Shown here in pieces: positions 33,872 to 48,000 of a DNA stretch of 64,000 nucleotides. The notes below the pieces were generated by a model, which had not been told where the DNA came from, did not search any database, and saw only the letters and a program-made list of their open reading frames with translations. Made by a program: the position numbers and the translations under genes. Origin of the DNA: Azolla caroliniana (lineage: Eukaryota > Plantae > Polypodiophyta); the NCBI GenBank assembly GCA_043228905.1, contig JBHGNT010000036.1, forward strand, positions 124,001 through 188,000, read 5' to 3'. Position 1 is the first letter of the stretch; each line of letters starts with the position of its first letter.

Positions 33872-36800
33872 CTAGTAAGGATCAATCCAGCACTTATCTT
33901 GATTGGCTGCAGCATCCCATCTCCTCTTAAAGAGTTCCTGCTCCACAGAAGAACGCTTTCGGACCTGTAACGGCAGTCAAACTTTATCATCCAATTATCT
34001 AAGTGAAACCATTTTCATTCAAAGTAAAACTATAAACTTCCTCATACCGCTCCTCGATCATCAGGATCGGAACTATTTGAATCCTGGAAATACATGAGAT
34101 AAAATCTGAGCAACCATTCATCTTCTTTGAGTCAATTGATGCACCCCCGCACTCAGATCCCCCTTGGTTCTCCCATCCAATGTTCAATCACTTACAACTC
34201 TCATACATGGTTGTTAGGCACTTCATACTTGCAAAACTATCTCAAAGAATCATTACCAATTATATAGCCACCTCATGCATTAAGATCATTTTCCTGGATC
34301 TTTTGAAGATTTCCAGTTTTTATTTTGTTTTGGCATGGATAACTTGAATTCACCCATACCCGTAATCATGATTTCTTTCATAGGCCAATTGAAGCCTCTA
34401 GTAGACATAAATATATCTTTCATTGTTTCTTTAAAAAAATGATTCATATTGCTGGGATTGGATGAGCATCCCATCTTCCTTGATGACAGCCTGATTATGA
34501 TGCAAATCAACCATATAAAAAAAACGTATGCCGCCAATCATACAAGCACTCAAGGAAGATAAGAAGGCTGTTTACCAAGATTCGCGCACTATAACTCAAT
34601 AGAATCAGCGACACACTACACATTGCAATAAAGCACTTCGGACATACCTGTGAAGAATGGAAGAGGTCATGGCAGGACAAGACATGCTCCTCATTACAGA
34701 GATCCACCAAAGCCCAGAGAAAGATCTACGTCAGTGAAGGACTTTCCATGGGAGTTTGCATACAGGCAAACCACAAGACAAAGTACATTACAAGGGTCAA
34801 CAGGAATCGTGATCCCCTTCCAACAAGCCTTACAGACAGACACGCATAGAGATAATGGAAGTGATGCAGAGGGTAGATAAATGCAGATTCAGTTTGAGCT
34901 CTCAGAGACACAACGAGTCTTATTCATTGTGTTATGTTACTTCCCTCCTAAGGGATCAAAATATGTTACTTCCCACTTAAGTGAGCAAATGGAAACCTTA
35001 CATGCCAGAAAAGGCAAGCTTAGTAGACACACACATTGGGATTTCTACCACCTTTTCACGAGCAATGGCTTGGCAACATATCAGAGAACCTTGAACCCCA
35101 ACGCCAATCAAGGATCCACAACTATGGCATTCCTATGCAAAAAGTTTGAATAATACCACCAACCATTAGAGTCTCACCCTATACCACCACCTTTTTCACC
35201 TCACAAAGTTGAGAAGGCCATCTGGTGCCCTCAACGTGGACGATTTCTGACTACACAGGTTACAAGGCAAATAACTCATTCATGCAGTAAGCACAGTTGC
35301 CCCTATCCTTGTACACATGTTTGGTAGGGCCTTCATAGAAGGCCTTCCCGGTGATATTGCATGACTGACATCAAATTTTTCCTTGCAGATACACAAATTT
35401 CCTAATGGAATGATGATACCAAGAATATCAAATTGCAATACTTTTACATCACATACACCTAACATGTCAAGACATCACCAAGGAAATGATGGGAGGCACC
35501 TAACAAGATATCATCATCCTGGCGCCATTTAAAGCGAGACAGGCAGCAGTTGTAGCCATGACCTTGAAATTGAAAATAATGCATGGAGAGGCATGTTCAT
35601 ACAAACTACATCTGCATATTTGGCCCCAATAAGGAGAATGTGAATGAGGACCACTTCACACTCCAATGGAGATTCAACAATGCTTCCCATCATCAACTAC
35701 CCAATGTACCAGCCTTACATGACTTCTATAAGTTGGGACACACCCACCCTCAGCCCCACCTATGTTCTCTATTTAACAATAGGTGCTCCTTAAGAAAATG
35801 CACGAGCCACATATGGCTACAACCTCTGCACAAACAGAGGAAACTCTTATAATGCTCATTTTAAGTCTAGTACATAGGTCATGCTGCGGCCTCCTGAGGA
35901 TGGTAGCATATCATCATCTCAACCTCACTCATTGACCAAATCTGTACAGCATCCCATTAACTCCAAACAGATAGCTGGAAGTTCCGACTTGACATAGACA
36001 GGATTTTGCATAGAAAAGAACACCGTAGAATCAAAGGAGGGATTTTTATAGAGGATGATAGCTCTCTACCAAGAGTAAAAGTAGCTTCCTATTCATTTCC
36101 GTTTTCCACCCAAGCAAAGAAGTCATAATGGCTGTTGGGACAACACTATTTGACCCACAAGTTTTTTGTCTTCTCTTCAGAAATATACATTACCCTGTTA
36201 AAAAGTCCTCCTAAAGAGGGTATGCCATAGTGCACAACATATTGATCATCAACAACTCCCACTCTTCTGGTACGATCTCCCTGTAATAGGATGCACACAA
36301 ATAAGTTGCTAAGTGGTTTAACAAAAACAGAAAAAACGAATATATCATAAGATACAACACCTGTACACAATATCCTAAGTTCTTGTCAAGTCCCCATGCA
36401 TGTACAAAATCATTCTGCATTTTAAAATCCTTCACTTTTAGTTTTCTATTAGAGATTTTTTTTTAACTTTACTTTCAAAAACCATATAAACTTCATTGGA
36501 ATTTGGAAGGTACAACGGTTTCGTCTCATCTCAATAGGGTAAGAACATCAGAGCAATCTCCTAACCTGAATCATGTACCATGTACAGCGCCAAGCAGCCC
36601 GGGAGAAGACTGGGACCATCATTTCTACCCATCTACAATGGCAAACTTCATTACAGATGTCTTATGTATGTATAAATAACTAAAAACAAGATGTCAATGC
36701 CTTTATAATAAGTAACACATTGAAACAAGAAGTGCACACATTTATAACGAGTAAGAAATTATCCTGCTTTGCAATGAATTCATTTTTCCTTCAGTTCTTG

Positions 36801-39800
36801 AAAATCATTGACCAAACACATACCCTGTGCAAGGCGGCTGAGTGCTGTTATCAAAGCACAATCCGCTTCCTTTAAATTTATAAATCCTCCTGTAACAAGC
36901 AGAAAACAATAGATAACTAGAAACTAACACAGACAAATCATGACAGAGGTTCCATTGAATATGTACCTATGAACCTTGCCTTTGGGTTTTCGAATTGTTA
37001 TTTGATGGTGCACTTCTGATAACTGAGGATCTAATGCGGGTTGTGATATCTCTAGACCTTCATTCTCCACAATATCTAAATACCTGAAAATTTATCTCTT
37101 GATTTTGGATTAGAGTTTTAGAAATTATCAAATTCCAACGAGACAAGTGAAGTTAGTGACCTTTATTTCTTACTTGCTTGCATGGAAATTTTCCACACCA
37201 ATATCTTCATCCCAGACAAAAATATATTTATAGTCAACTACTATATCTGGATGCAAAAATCTTTTGGCAAACCACCTGGACATGACATTTGAGAGTAATG
37301 AATGAACTGGGGTTGCTTTCCTTACTTGTGTAATATAGATATTACAAGTTACCCCATTCAATTTAGGAAATACGTTACTAATTAGATTAATTCCTAATTA
37401 ATAAAATAATCTGCATTGTGTAAGAAGATTGATTTGTAGTTCTAGAGTAATCTTAATTTTTTCATGTAACTTGGCACAGATTATTCAAAACAGCAGCACC
37501 ACCAATAATAGCCATTATTTATGAAAATAAAAACCAAGTTAGGAAAGCATGTAGTGGAATAAGTATATAGGCTTAATGTTGGTTCTTACGCTCTGAAGGC
37601 TAAAGGATCAAGGCTAAGTATAGTGATTGTAAACATGTAGCCTCCCCACCTTGTCGACAATGTTTTACTATTCTTGCTCCATTATGGATTTGAGGCAAAA
37701 TTAATTTCCAGGTATGAAATACTTTCCATTGGCTTCAGATCTTGGGCTACATTTAAGGATCCTCAGCCAGTCTAATGGTTTTGAAATTCAGTGCTGTAAA
37801 ACCCATTAGTCAAACAAGGTCCGTGGCTTTATCCTCCACTAAATGCAATAAAAGAAATCAGCATTCCAAGTTCTAAACTGTTTTATTTTGCAGAAAAACA
37901 TATTCTTTGTATATATGAAACTATTTCCGTATGTCGACCGAACTTTCCAGTAAGCAGTGAAAATTCACGGCAATGTACAACATATAGAAAACTAGACGAA
38001 CATATAAGCCAATCATATTTTGATTGTTCTGATATGGTTCTTCATACACTCCCAATGTGGACTGTTTGGCAATATTTGGATGTACATGGTTATGTTCCAT
38101 AGATTAAGATTTTCAATTCTCCATAGCAACCTCTTGGCAACATGTCTAGCAATCAGTGTGACCACTGAGTGTGTGTTTCAGGTTGTAATGTAGTCAGTGG
38201 ATTTCTTTGCTGGGAATCAGCATTCCAATGTGACTTTTAACCTGTAGTACAGTTCAGGGTCTATAAAGAGTAAAACGTTGCTTCTCAGCTTGCTAGTGAT
38301 TGCTAGGGAGAAGAAGACATACCAGAAGACTTATATAACAGTTTCTATCAGCTTCTCCATGTTTCCAAGGACAGTGCCTCTCAATGGAACCAACTACAAT
38401 ATCTAAGCTTAAGCCAACATCTTTCATGAGCTTTGGATGGTTCAACACTCTGTGACAATGCACAATATTTGATCCAAAACTAAAAACTAACATATTGCGT
38501 CTTCATTTTGCATAAAAATTATGCACAGGCAAAAATATTGAGAAAAGCTCTCTATCTTAAATGGACACTGTTCTGCAAACAGGCATCTAAGCAAGGAAAG
38601 GTTGGAAATCAAACCATTTTGTTTGGTTTACAGCAACAACATGAATTGCCCGGCTGCTCCAAGGGAATGTATTCCACTCATCAACAATTCCATCATAATG
38701 GAACAACATTATTGTGAAATTTTCAGCTGGAAACTAAAAAAGATTTTTAAAAAAATGAAGAAGATCAATAGCAAAAAAACCAACCGCATAAAAGAAGACT
38801 TTCAAAGTCAACAGAAGGAACATACCTTTTCAATAATTTTGGAGACAAATTCTTTCTGCTTGATTCCAACAGGCATTGCCAACAAACTTTGAGATGTTGG
38901 CCTTTGTTGATCCTGTACATTCATACAATTTGAGCATAATGCATTAAATAAACTGGAGAGATCTGCTCATAACAGTCAAGATGGATGTATATTATAGAAG
39001 GAATAAAAGAGTATTAAAGGGAATATACCTCGGCAATCGGATTCGCTCCCAATGCCCGGAAAAATAAATCAGAAGTCTCCTCAACAATACCTCTAGGTAA
39101 CCCACCAATACCCTCCGGTTTATATCCAGGGTTGCTTGTCTACATCGTACATGAAGGCCTTTAGGGATTGTAACAGAAACAGGGAGTAACGCATCAACCT
39201 AGGATAGTAAAATCACCTCACAAGAACTCCTAACTGAATGACTTATAAATCTCGGAGGCCTAAACAAGCTAGAGAAGCTCCATCGAGCACCTTCCTGCAG
39301 TTAGTCAAGCAAAAAACATCAAAACTCTTTATTGTAATGCATTGAGAGTGTTTTTTCACATAGGGTAAAACCTTGATTCCATTCCCATGGGTGGTCAAAT
39401 TTGCCCTCACTGAGCAGTAATATGTAAGATCAACAGAAAAATAGATGAGATTGAACTCCCAACAATCGATATTATTGCTTACCCTTCTTCTCAATATAGA
39501 GTAGCTCCTAGTTTGTATCGTTTGATTGCTGGGCTATTAATTATATCTCGATGGTTATCCTAGGCCCAAACACCCATTCTAGCCATGTATCATAATTATC
39601 ATTGTTGTAACTGAGCATATCGATATATCTAACGGTTACCCTACACCAGTAAACCCCTCCTAACCATCATTGTAATCACCATTGCAGTAACATAATGGTT
39701 GAGGCACGGGGACCCCCAATCCCAGTTGCATAATCCTATGTCCTGGCTATATTTGATTAATATGAAATGCAAATTCCATAACATATCATGAGAGTGATGT

Positions 39801-40187
39801 GTGCTCACCGTACTATAACGCTCAAATATCACAGTGACAACTAAAAGCGACAATAAAATAACAAGACTTCGAAATGGCATGGACTTGAGCCACCATAGTT
39901 TCAGCCATTTTCCATGGTGATCCCTATGAAATGCAGTAGCTTCCACTTGATCCACCACCTGATTAACCAGACGACACACACACAAAGAGAGAGACGTACG
40001 TATTAGGGAAAAGTAGCTCGTGTATAATGTTGAAAGAGAAAACGATTTGGTGCAACTATAGTGATCGATGAGTTGTTAAATGTCCATTTCATCTGAATTC
40101 ATCATTTTTTTATGAAGAGAGAGATAGACTTACAAGGTCAGGCTGCAACGATGGCGAGGATAAGAATGATCTGGAAGGGATATTCAT
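33872..40187 (-). CDS. DUF707 family protein (lysine ketoglutarate reductase trans-splicing-related), 14 exons, ~406 aa, N-terminal TM helix
   Basis: GT-AG, phase-consistent exons: 40187-40134, 39958-39809, 39294-39217, 39139-39029, 38912-38826, 38733-38615, 37275-37174, 37083-36967, 36889-36824, 36632-36566, 36414-36361, 36280-36194, 34083-34048, 33964-33872. Motifs LPRGIV, LFHYDG, QTKWWFAKRFLHPD, WDED, GLEISQPALD, PPCTGWVEMM.PVFSRAAWRC, HAWGLD. Confidence 0.9.
34850..35900 (+). mobile_element. Highly decayed LINE fragment in DUF707 intron 12
   Basis: Endonuclease-like VLFIVLCYFPPKGS (34881-35153) plus RT-like remnants; boundaries vague. Confidence 0.45.
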
Positions 40188-40354
40188 CAGAGTCGAGTGG
40201 GATACAAGGATGAAGATAGCAACAATGTTATATACAGTAGAGAGAGAGAGAGAGAGAGAAGATTATATGTATTAAAGAAGAGAATACATACATACAGAGG
40301 AAGAAAAGGTTGGAGGGGAGAAGATGAGAATGATTGATGGTTACTTACTGTTCG

Positions 40355-40382
40355 GTATGTATGTATGTATGTATGTATGTAC

Positions 40383-40413
<31 letters not shown>

Positions 40414-40425
40414 TGTATGTATGTA

Positions 40426-40458
<33 letters not shown>

Positions 40459-40484
40459 ATGTGTGTGTGTGTGTGTATGTATGT
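40355..40484. repeat. (TATG)n/(TG)n microsatellite 5' of the DUF707 gene
   Basis: Seen directly. Confidence 0.92.
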
Positions 40485-43400
40485 AAATAGTAATGTATGA
40501 ATGTGCAGCCATATCAATCGTTTTTTGGGTTTTTCGTGAATACATATTCTCTATCTTCTTTGGGAGAATGAGTGTCTATGGGCGGGCGGGCGGGTGACAA
40601 CAGGACCCTTACAAACAGAATGGTTCCCACTCATTTGCCCAATAACAAACAAAAAGGGGAGGAGGATGTACGAACTAGAAGAAGAAGATGGTATGGTATG
40701 GTATGATACAGTACGGTATGGTATGGAACGATATTGTTTTTCCCCGAAAAATATCAAATCATTTGTTTTGGCTTTTGGGGGGAAGGGAAAGAGAAAGGGA
40801 AAGGGAATGTTGTCGGTTGTGTGGCGTCTTTTTCACTTCCTCCTACACACACACACACCCAAGCCCCTTCAAAAAAATTTACCTATTTCCCATCACGAAA
40901 TAGCTTTTATTGCTCATAGTCACATCCAACGCTATATTGTAGTAATCTTCCAGTGCAATAATCATACCATAACAACATAATTTATGATCAAATTTTTATA
41001 TATAAATCGGACTATTACTCCCTTATCCATCTCTTAATGAGATTTGTGTGTCTAGAACTCATCACCATAATTGGCAATAGACATCCATAGCGACAACCTC
41101 CACTTTCATCATTCACATGATTCGATACCATAAATCTCTACAACAATATTATGGTGTCTTATTTCTTGTCCCCCGTCACATATTAACCTCAACAATGCAT
41201 TGTTCGAAGCCTCTTCTCGTGAAATTGATGATGATAATTGAGATTATTGATAAACAATATTGGATTGTTTGCTAACCTTGTTCCTAGCTTGTATGAGGAA
41301 GGATGTGTTTTGGGACATGTTGAGAGTCTTAGGAGGAAAGTTGTTAAATGCATGCAAGCAAGACATTACACTTGTCTTTCTCACAACAATCCATGAGAAG
41401 TGTGTTAAAGAGGTGAGCAAGATCATCAACCAATAAAGATGACATTGGCGGTGTCACTAACAAAGGTTTGTCAAAGTCAAGCGGGCATGTTGGCACATGG
41501 TTGTGCTTTTGAGTTTTCGCTTCTTAGGTCTTGTGCATGTGTTGACAAGCTTGGATGTGTATTTATAATGTTGCATGCATGGTTTGAAATTATATCAAAG
41601 TATTGTGTGCAATGTAAAACGGGAGTTGGGGGCAAGTTTAAGACTTGCTACACTTTGTTGTTGGTGTTGTTAGTCTTTCCTAACTAACTAGTGTGGTCCA
41701 TAAACCCAATACCTACAAGCCCAAGACAATGTCTACTCTACTAATGGAAGGACAAGTAGAAATGGGTATTAGTCCACTACTAAGCGTACTAGTGAAACTA
41801 ACCAACAAACAAAACAACTTGAAACTTAATACCTATATGCACATAATTTAGTTTGAACTTACACGATCACTTAATAGTCATTATTAATTGGACATGTTGC
41901 TGCGAAGTTATGCATGTGCATGTGAAACGTGACTGGGACCACCGAGGACTAGAACCACAAAGAATGGATTGTGGCCTTGAATTGTTGTGTTGGAGACTTT
42001 AAGCTACCCATCGATATTTGGTTTAGTTTATAAAGGGTAAATATAAATTAATATTCATAAATATATATACTTCTAATTCTACAATATAACGTTGGGATCT
42101 TGCTTTACATGATTACATCTATGTGGATGTGGATCATTAGGCCTACACACTTATATTTTTTATTTATTCCTTATCCATATGTTGGAGAAGAACATTGGAC
42201 GAAGAGAAGTTTCGAGGTGGACAATGGTTCAGAGGGAGAATGTTACTTCTAACTCGATATGTTATAGGTGTAAGGTTTGAATCTTGCCTTACACCAATGT
42301 GCCACATTAGGCATACACACCCATATTTTTATTTTATTCCCTATTTGAATGTTGGATGAGGATAATAGTCAAGGAGGAGAAGGAGAATGTTAGACGAGGT
42401 GAACGTAGGACAAGTAGAAGGCTTGAAGAGGAGAATGATCAAATCCTCTTGTCACTCTTGCAACTTCTTGGCAGGTTGTTAGAATCCTAATAAAAAAAAC
42501 CTGACCCAAGCCTTGCAACAAACCCTTCCTATCGCACTGTAAGTGTCTCAATGTGGTAATTCGGGGGCTTGTCTTTTCGCAAATCTTGCTCCGGATCCAC
42601 GTAAGATATACTCCAAATTCAAAATCACAAAGTGAAAATTCCAACACGATCCCCGATTAATTAAGAGCAACACTACATATTGGGTTTCTAAAATTAATTT
42701 TATATGAATACCAAATTCTCAACTCCACTACATGGAGTGTATTGAAAGGTATGAATATAAGAAGGTGGAGACATAGGAATCGTAGTTAGAGCTTCAAAGG
42801 AATATCCTCGAGCTTTTATTTAGATTGACTAGTGAGACAACTTTATTGCCTCTTGTCATCGTCGATCTCTAATGCCCTCTTGATTCGTTGCTCCAAGCTT
42901 GTTCAAGATTTTGGCAATGCTTGAGCTTCGCGAATGTTTCTAGGCCTTAAATTGCTTTATCTCTTCTATGTGTCACACATCAATTTAAAATTTGGAGACA
43001 TATTACTAACAAAATTCTTAACATGTGACACTTGATTGAGTTATGATGGGCCAAAGCTTGAAGCGCCAAGTACTATGAAAGAATTAAGATATTAAAAAGG
43101 CGAAATGGAGGACACCCAACAACACATCTACACGAGAAGGAGCATTTGACACTAGTAGTGGAAATCAACAACATAAATAATGCATAGTGTCCTCCAACCA
43201 ACTATAGGGCCACAATTCAACTAATATTACTTTCCAACAAGGTTGCATGACATTAGTTATTAGTTGACCTAATGGCATAAACTACCTTGTCTAGAATTGA
43301 CCAAAGGGCAAAAATGGCCTCATCTCAACAACGTGGTGGACATGTAGGCTAGTTGGCTAGGCATTGAGGGTAATTGGGTTCACTAATGATGATTTGGTTT

Positions 43401-44283
43401 CTAGTTTAACTTGTACTTAATTAGCATACATAATTGCTCAAATAACGACATAGAGGAAAGAGTTGATGTAGTATTCAATGACAAAAAGACTCATTTACAT
43501 TCATCCCTTTCTTTTTACATTGGTTATATAAGATGAGGGTGATATGTTAAATGGTTGGATTGTACTGAGCACGGTGCCACTTGGGAGGTAGCATAGACAT
43601 TAAATCTTGACTCCCCCATTTTGAATTTATCATTGCAAGAGAGCAATGTTTTTGAAAACGGGGAGAGGAATATAACCTCGAGGAACAAGTTAAAAGGCAA
43701 ACTTCAATGAACATAATTATGGGAAAGATTTGGGAAATCGATTATCCCAGGACTCCAAGCCATTCGTAAAGATATTGACATGTATCAAGAATCAACACGT
43801 GAGCTTAAGGAGTTCAACTATATAGGTGGTTAGGTTAGTTAGCCCCCTTTGACATGACAAATCAAAGTTGTTGTATGGACTTTGTTGGTGAGGTAAAACT
43901 CTCATATTTTGGATCCGTAGAGTGCCTCGCCAAGGTATAAGACAAGGCTACATTTATATTATTTTCATGTCATGTCCTTTGAGTTTGGCAATAATAGTTT
44001 GGGACAATTGAAGTCCCCAAATTCAAACAAAGTAAATGTCATGAGATAACAACTTAAGATTGTGGCATTAGGCTGATTGTGGTTGAATGGATTTGTGTGG
44101 GGGGGGGGGAGTCGATCTAGTCAACACCAACAAGGACTCCAAAATTTGGGGGGCCAAGAATGCATGAAAGAATGCCAAAGGTACCCCACCACCCTCAATT
44201 TGCTCACGTCTTTTATTTATGCTTTTGGACTTTCAGGTTTTTAAATAAAAGCGCGCATACACACACAGTCTCTTGTCTCGCTA

Positions 44284-44421
44284 CACACACACACACACAC
44301 ACACAAAGACTGTCTCTGTCTCGCGTTGAATTCGGGAATCGGAAGGATAAAGGCAAGAGGAAAAGCAAAAAATGCGAAGAAAAGGATCGCGTACGAGTCT
44401 CCCCCCCCCCCCCCCCACCCC

Positions 44422-44461
<40 letters not shown>

Positions 44462-44710
44462 CACACACACACACACATATGTACATAGAGCCTTAGAGGT
44501 ATGTAGTATTATCATTATGTATGTATGTACATACATACATATTATGTACAATTAAATTGGGGTCCGTCTACTCTTCCAATTTTGACAGCGCAGACCACTG
44601 AAGAGGAAGAGGCAGAGGAGGAGGAGGGTAACGAAGGCTCAGACAGGAACAAGGAACAGGAACAGGAACAGTCACAGTAACAGGAACAGTAACAGGAACA
44701 GGAACAGGAC
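44284..44710. repeat. (CA)n, poly-C, (CAA)n, (CA)n and (CAGGAA)n simple repeats
   Basis: Seen directly upstream of the third gene. Confidence 0.9.
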
Positions 44711-44832
44711 CACTCTCTCCATTCTGTCTGCCATGGAAGACGACGACGACGACAAGCAGCAGCACAGTAAAACACAAGGACGCCGGTAGCCTAAGCCGCA
44801 GCAGCAGAAGCCGCTAATTATTCATATCTACT

Positions 44833-44847
44833 ACCCTAAACCCTAAA
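44833..44847 (+). promoter_or_regulatory. telo-box-like motif (AAACCCTAA)
   Basis: ACCCTAAACCCTAAA about 200 bp upstream of ATG 45047; telo-boxes are known plant 5' elements. Confidence 0.5.
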
Positions 44848-45046
44848 CTTCTCCTGTTGGATCTGCGGCCTCCCTCCCTCTCCCTTTGACTGCCTCCCAT
44901 TTTATTCTTGCGTTCGCATACATATTCAAGGCTCGCCTCTGTCTCATATTATATCGTTGGTATTATTGACCCAGAAGTCCGCCACAGAGAAGGGAAGGGA
45001 GGGGAAAGAAAGAATCGATCAACTCCCCATCCCACCCCCAAAAATA

Positions 45047-48000
45047 ATGCATCCGGACTCTGGTCAGCAGGCAGCCGTGATGGATCTGCCATCTTCGTCG
45101 GCATCAGAAAGGTAATCATTTTTACAAAAGCTCATGCATTAATTTCTCTTCCCGGGATCTAATTTGTGACTAGGTTCAGTTCATAAGATTTGCCAATTCT
45201 TATTAGACCTAATTATCACAGTAAGCCTCCTGGCGAAGACTCTGTGTCGATGACAATCGAATTTCTTCGTGCCCGCTTGCTGTCGGAGAGATCGGTGTCG
45301 AAAGCTGCCCGAGAACGGGCAGATCAGCTGGCCAACAAGGTTAGAGTCCTGCACGCTTCCACACCACATGCTTTCTTATCTTTCGTTCTTTATAGATTCT
45401 TTGTGACACCCCGCAAGCTCCTCTCTCAGGTGCAAGAGCTTGAACATCAACTGGAGTATGAAATTCAGCTTCGGAAAAAGCTAGAAGCAGTCAGATTTGA
45501 ACTGCTGCTAAAATATAAAGAAGAGCTTGGACCAGATTATTGTTTCTCAAACCTCAGTCAAGATGGGTCCGACTGGGACACAGATCAGTATAAGGCACCT
45601 TCAAAGCACGATTCTGAAGTTATTCTCAAGGAAGAAGATAAAGAGGGTTCATTCACTGGCAGTATGGATCATGTCCATGGCGTCAGTGATTCTGCCAGGC
45701 ATCTGGATAACGAGGAACACAATGAAGGTGATTTGGAAATGGATCATACTGTAAAAGAGAAGGGAATTTTGTCTTGGGGGACGAGGAAACCTTCAAGAAA
45801 GCTGCATGGCAAAGACTTTGGGTCTGGAATTGAATGGATGGGTAGGAGTGTGTCTCAAAGGTCCTTTGCATCTCTCGATGGAGAATCGCCACAAAAGCGA
45901 TGGGTTGGAAAGTCAGTGCGCAAAATCAGGAAAAATCAAAGCAGGTAAAACTATGTTGCCCATCTCTTGTCTATTTTATATACCGACACCAACTAGATTA
46001 CGTCTTGTCTTGTAAACTGCTAAGGTTTGGTATTGAACTTCTGTTTGCATGTCATTGTAGTCGCATAGCCAACATATTCTGACCATGGCAATTCGTGTTG
46101 CATAGTGGAGATTATGGATTGGGATAGTATCCATGTTCTGGAGCCATATTTCCATCACTAATGGAAGAACATATCTATGGGGCCATTTCTGACCTAGATT
46201 TGGGGGATTTGAACAGGATACAATGGTGGAGCCTTTGTCAAATCTCGTTACATACCTTGTCATTACCTGATATTTGCCTGTTGCCATTGTTACTTTTTGG
46301 CACCCACATCTGATTTCAGGAAAGCTTCCACATAGCTATATTTGAAAACCATGTTCGTGAGTCCTCATGTTTCTTTGTTGTACTTTTGGCACTTTCCATT
46401 TGAATTGCTTAATTTCTGGCAAACATCCCCATAGGAAGTTGGTAGTGGACTTTTGAGTCAGATTGACACATGTCTCATGCATCTGAGCTGATCACATGTC
46501 CATATTGAGTCTTTTGCTACCTTTTGTCCCTAGTGGTTAAAAGCCAATGTCCTGAATGTGAGGATCCTGGTTTTCTACTGAGTCCTGCTCGAAATTGTAC
46601 CGGAAAGGTAAAAGAGGGCTTTTGCACTACAAATTTGAGCTTGGGATTGTGGCATGGATCATGAGACTATATGCAGGCAGGTTTTATGGCCTCAAGGCTG
46701 CAACCTTCTCTGAACAAGCAACAGTGATACATCAATATATTCTCTTGTGCTGACGGAATTCCTTTTCATTGTATAGTTAATTGATCCATTCCTCTTTAGT
46801 AGAATGGATATATTTGTATGTGTAATAGTTGTAACATACATAGCCAATGCAGATGAAATAGAAAGCATGGAAATGGAAAACACATCTGTAAATGCGGCTG
46901 CAATAGTACTCAAACTTAGATCTTTGTTGGGCTGTTTCCTACTTCATATTGAGTGCTTCCAGTGTGATTGACTGAATAAAACATAGACCTGTTTCCCGGT
47001 CCCTTTCTTTTCCTCTATGAAGACATTCACATATTGTTCAATATGTCATCATTGAACCATTTTCAAATGTGTTGGACCCAGATGGAGGAAAGAAACATCC
47101 TTTTGTGATTTTTCTGTGGTAAGAATCCAATTTCCCATGCAGCCTTTTGGGTGGGTGGGCGGGGGGGGTGCAATTTTAAGGCATTGTCATTGTCATATGC
47201 ACTTTTACACTTTTTGAAGGGCATAGAACTCTTTTAACTTCCAGTACAGGGAGCATATCAGAGTATTGGATTGTGCTGTTAACCCCTAAATGGTGGCATA
47301 GAAATTTCTTTGCATTTACCCTACTTCGAACTTGCTGAAATGCATCCTTCTCAAACCTCAGTATCATATCTCAGAGTTTGCGCTATACATGCATCACATA
47401 CTATTGCTCTAATCTCCCATCTTTCATTTGCGCTCAAGTGGCACATACTCACCAATTCATAGCATTGGACAGTGCTAGCTTCTGTTCTCCTAGATAGACA
47501 CCTGTTCCAAGTGTGTAGACAAGATCTGTCAACTCTGAGTTGTGTGAAACTATGAACCACTTCAATTTTTTCTCCACTTCATAATACACTATTGACCGCT
47601 GACTTTTGGATTTAAAGGTGCTTAACACCATGAATTTGGTTTTAGCCACATGCTTAGCCAATGTGAATATGGTCGTAGCCGTGCTGATTGTTAGATCACT
47701 ATGAATTTGGTCTTAGCCACTATGTTCACAGAAAGTATGTAATATATCTGAAAGCGTTTGCAGTCTCAGCTTAGAATATGCCAAAAGTACAATATCATCT
47801 GCATAAATCAGAGGCAATATTCTGAAATGTTCAGACAGCTGGTTTTTCATTATGTTCTGTTAAGGCTTCTAGTTGGTCAATAAATAGACCAAATAGAGTA
47901 GGTAGAGGGCATCTTTGTTTCACTTTCATTGTGCATCATGAACTCTTTAGAAAGGTCTCCAGTTGCCTTCGATCTCCATCTTATTTGCTGGAATGATCAG

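Noticed and set aside
42267-42296. Hairpin GGTGTAAGG..CCTTACACC-A with B-box-like GTTTGAATC as a tRNA or SINE
   Set aside because: No cloverleaf, A-box or TSD; it lies within a degenerate ~170-bp duplication.
44739-44756. DDDDK resembling a FLAG/enterokinase tag
   Set aside because: Explained by a (GAC)n repeat; no vector sequence nearby.
44160-44777. PolyQ/polyC/polyV ORFs
   Set aside because: Translations of microsatellites.
46840-46910. Possible extra exon ANADEIESMEMENTSVNAA in intron 3
   Set aside because: The acceptor phase does not fit exon 3, and exons 3 and 4 already join in frame.
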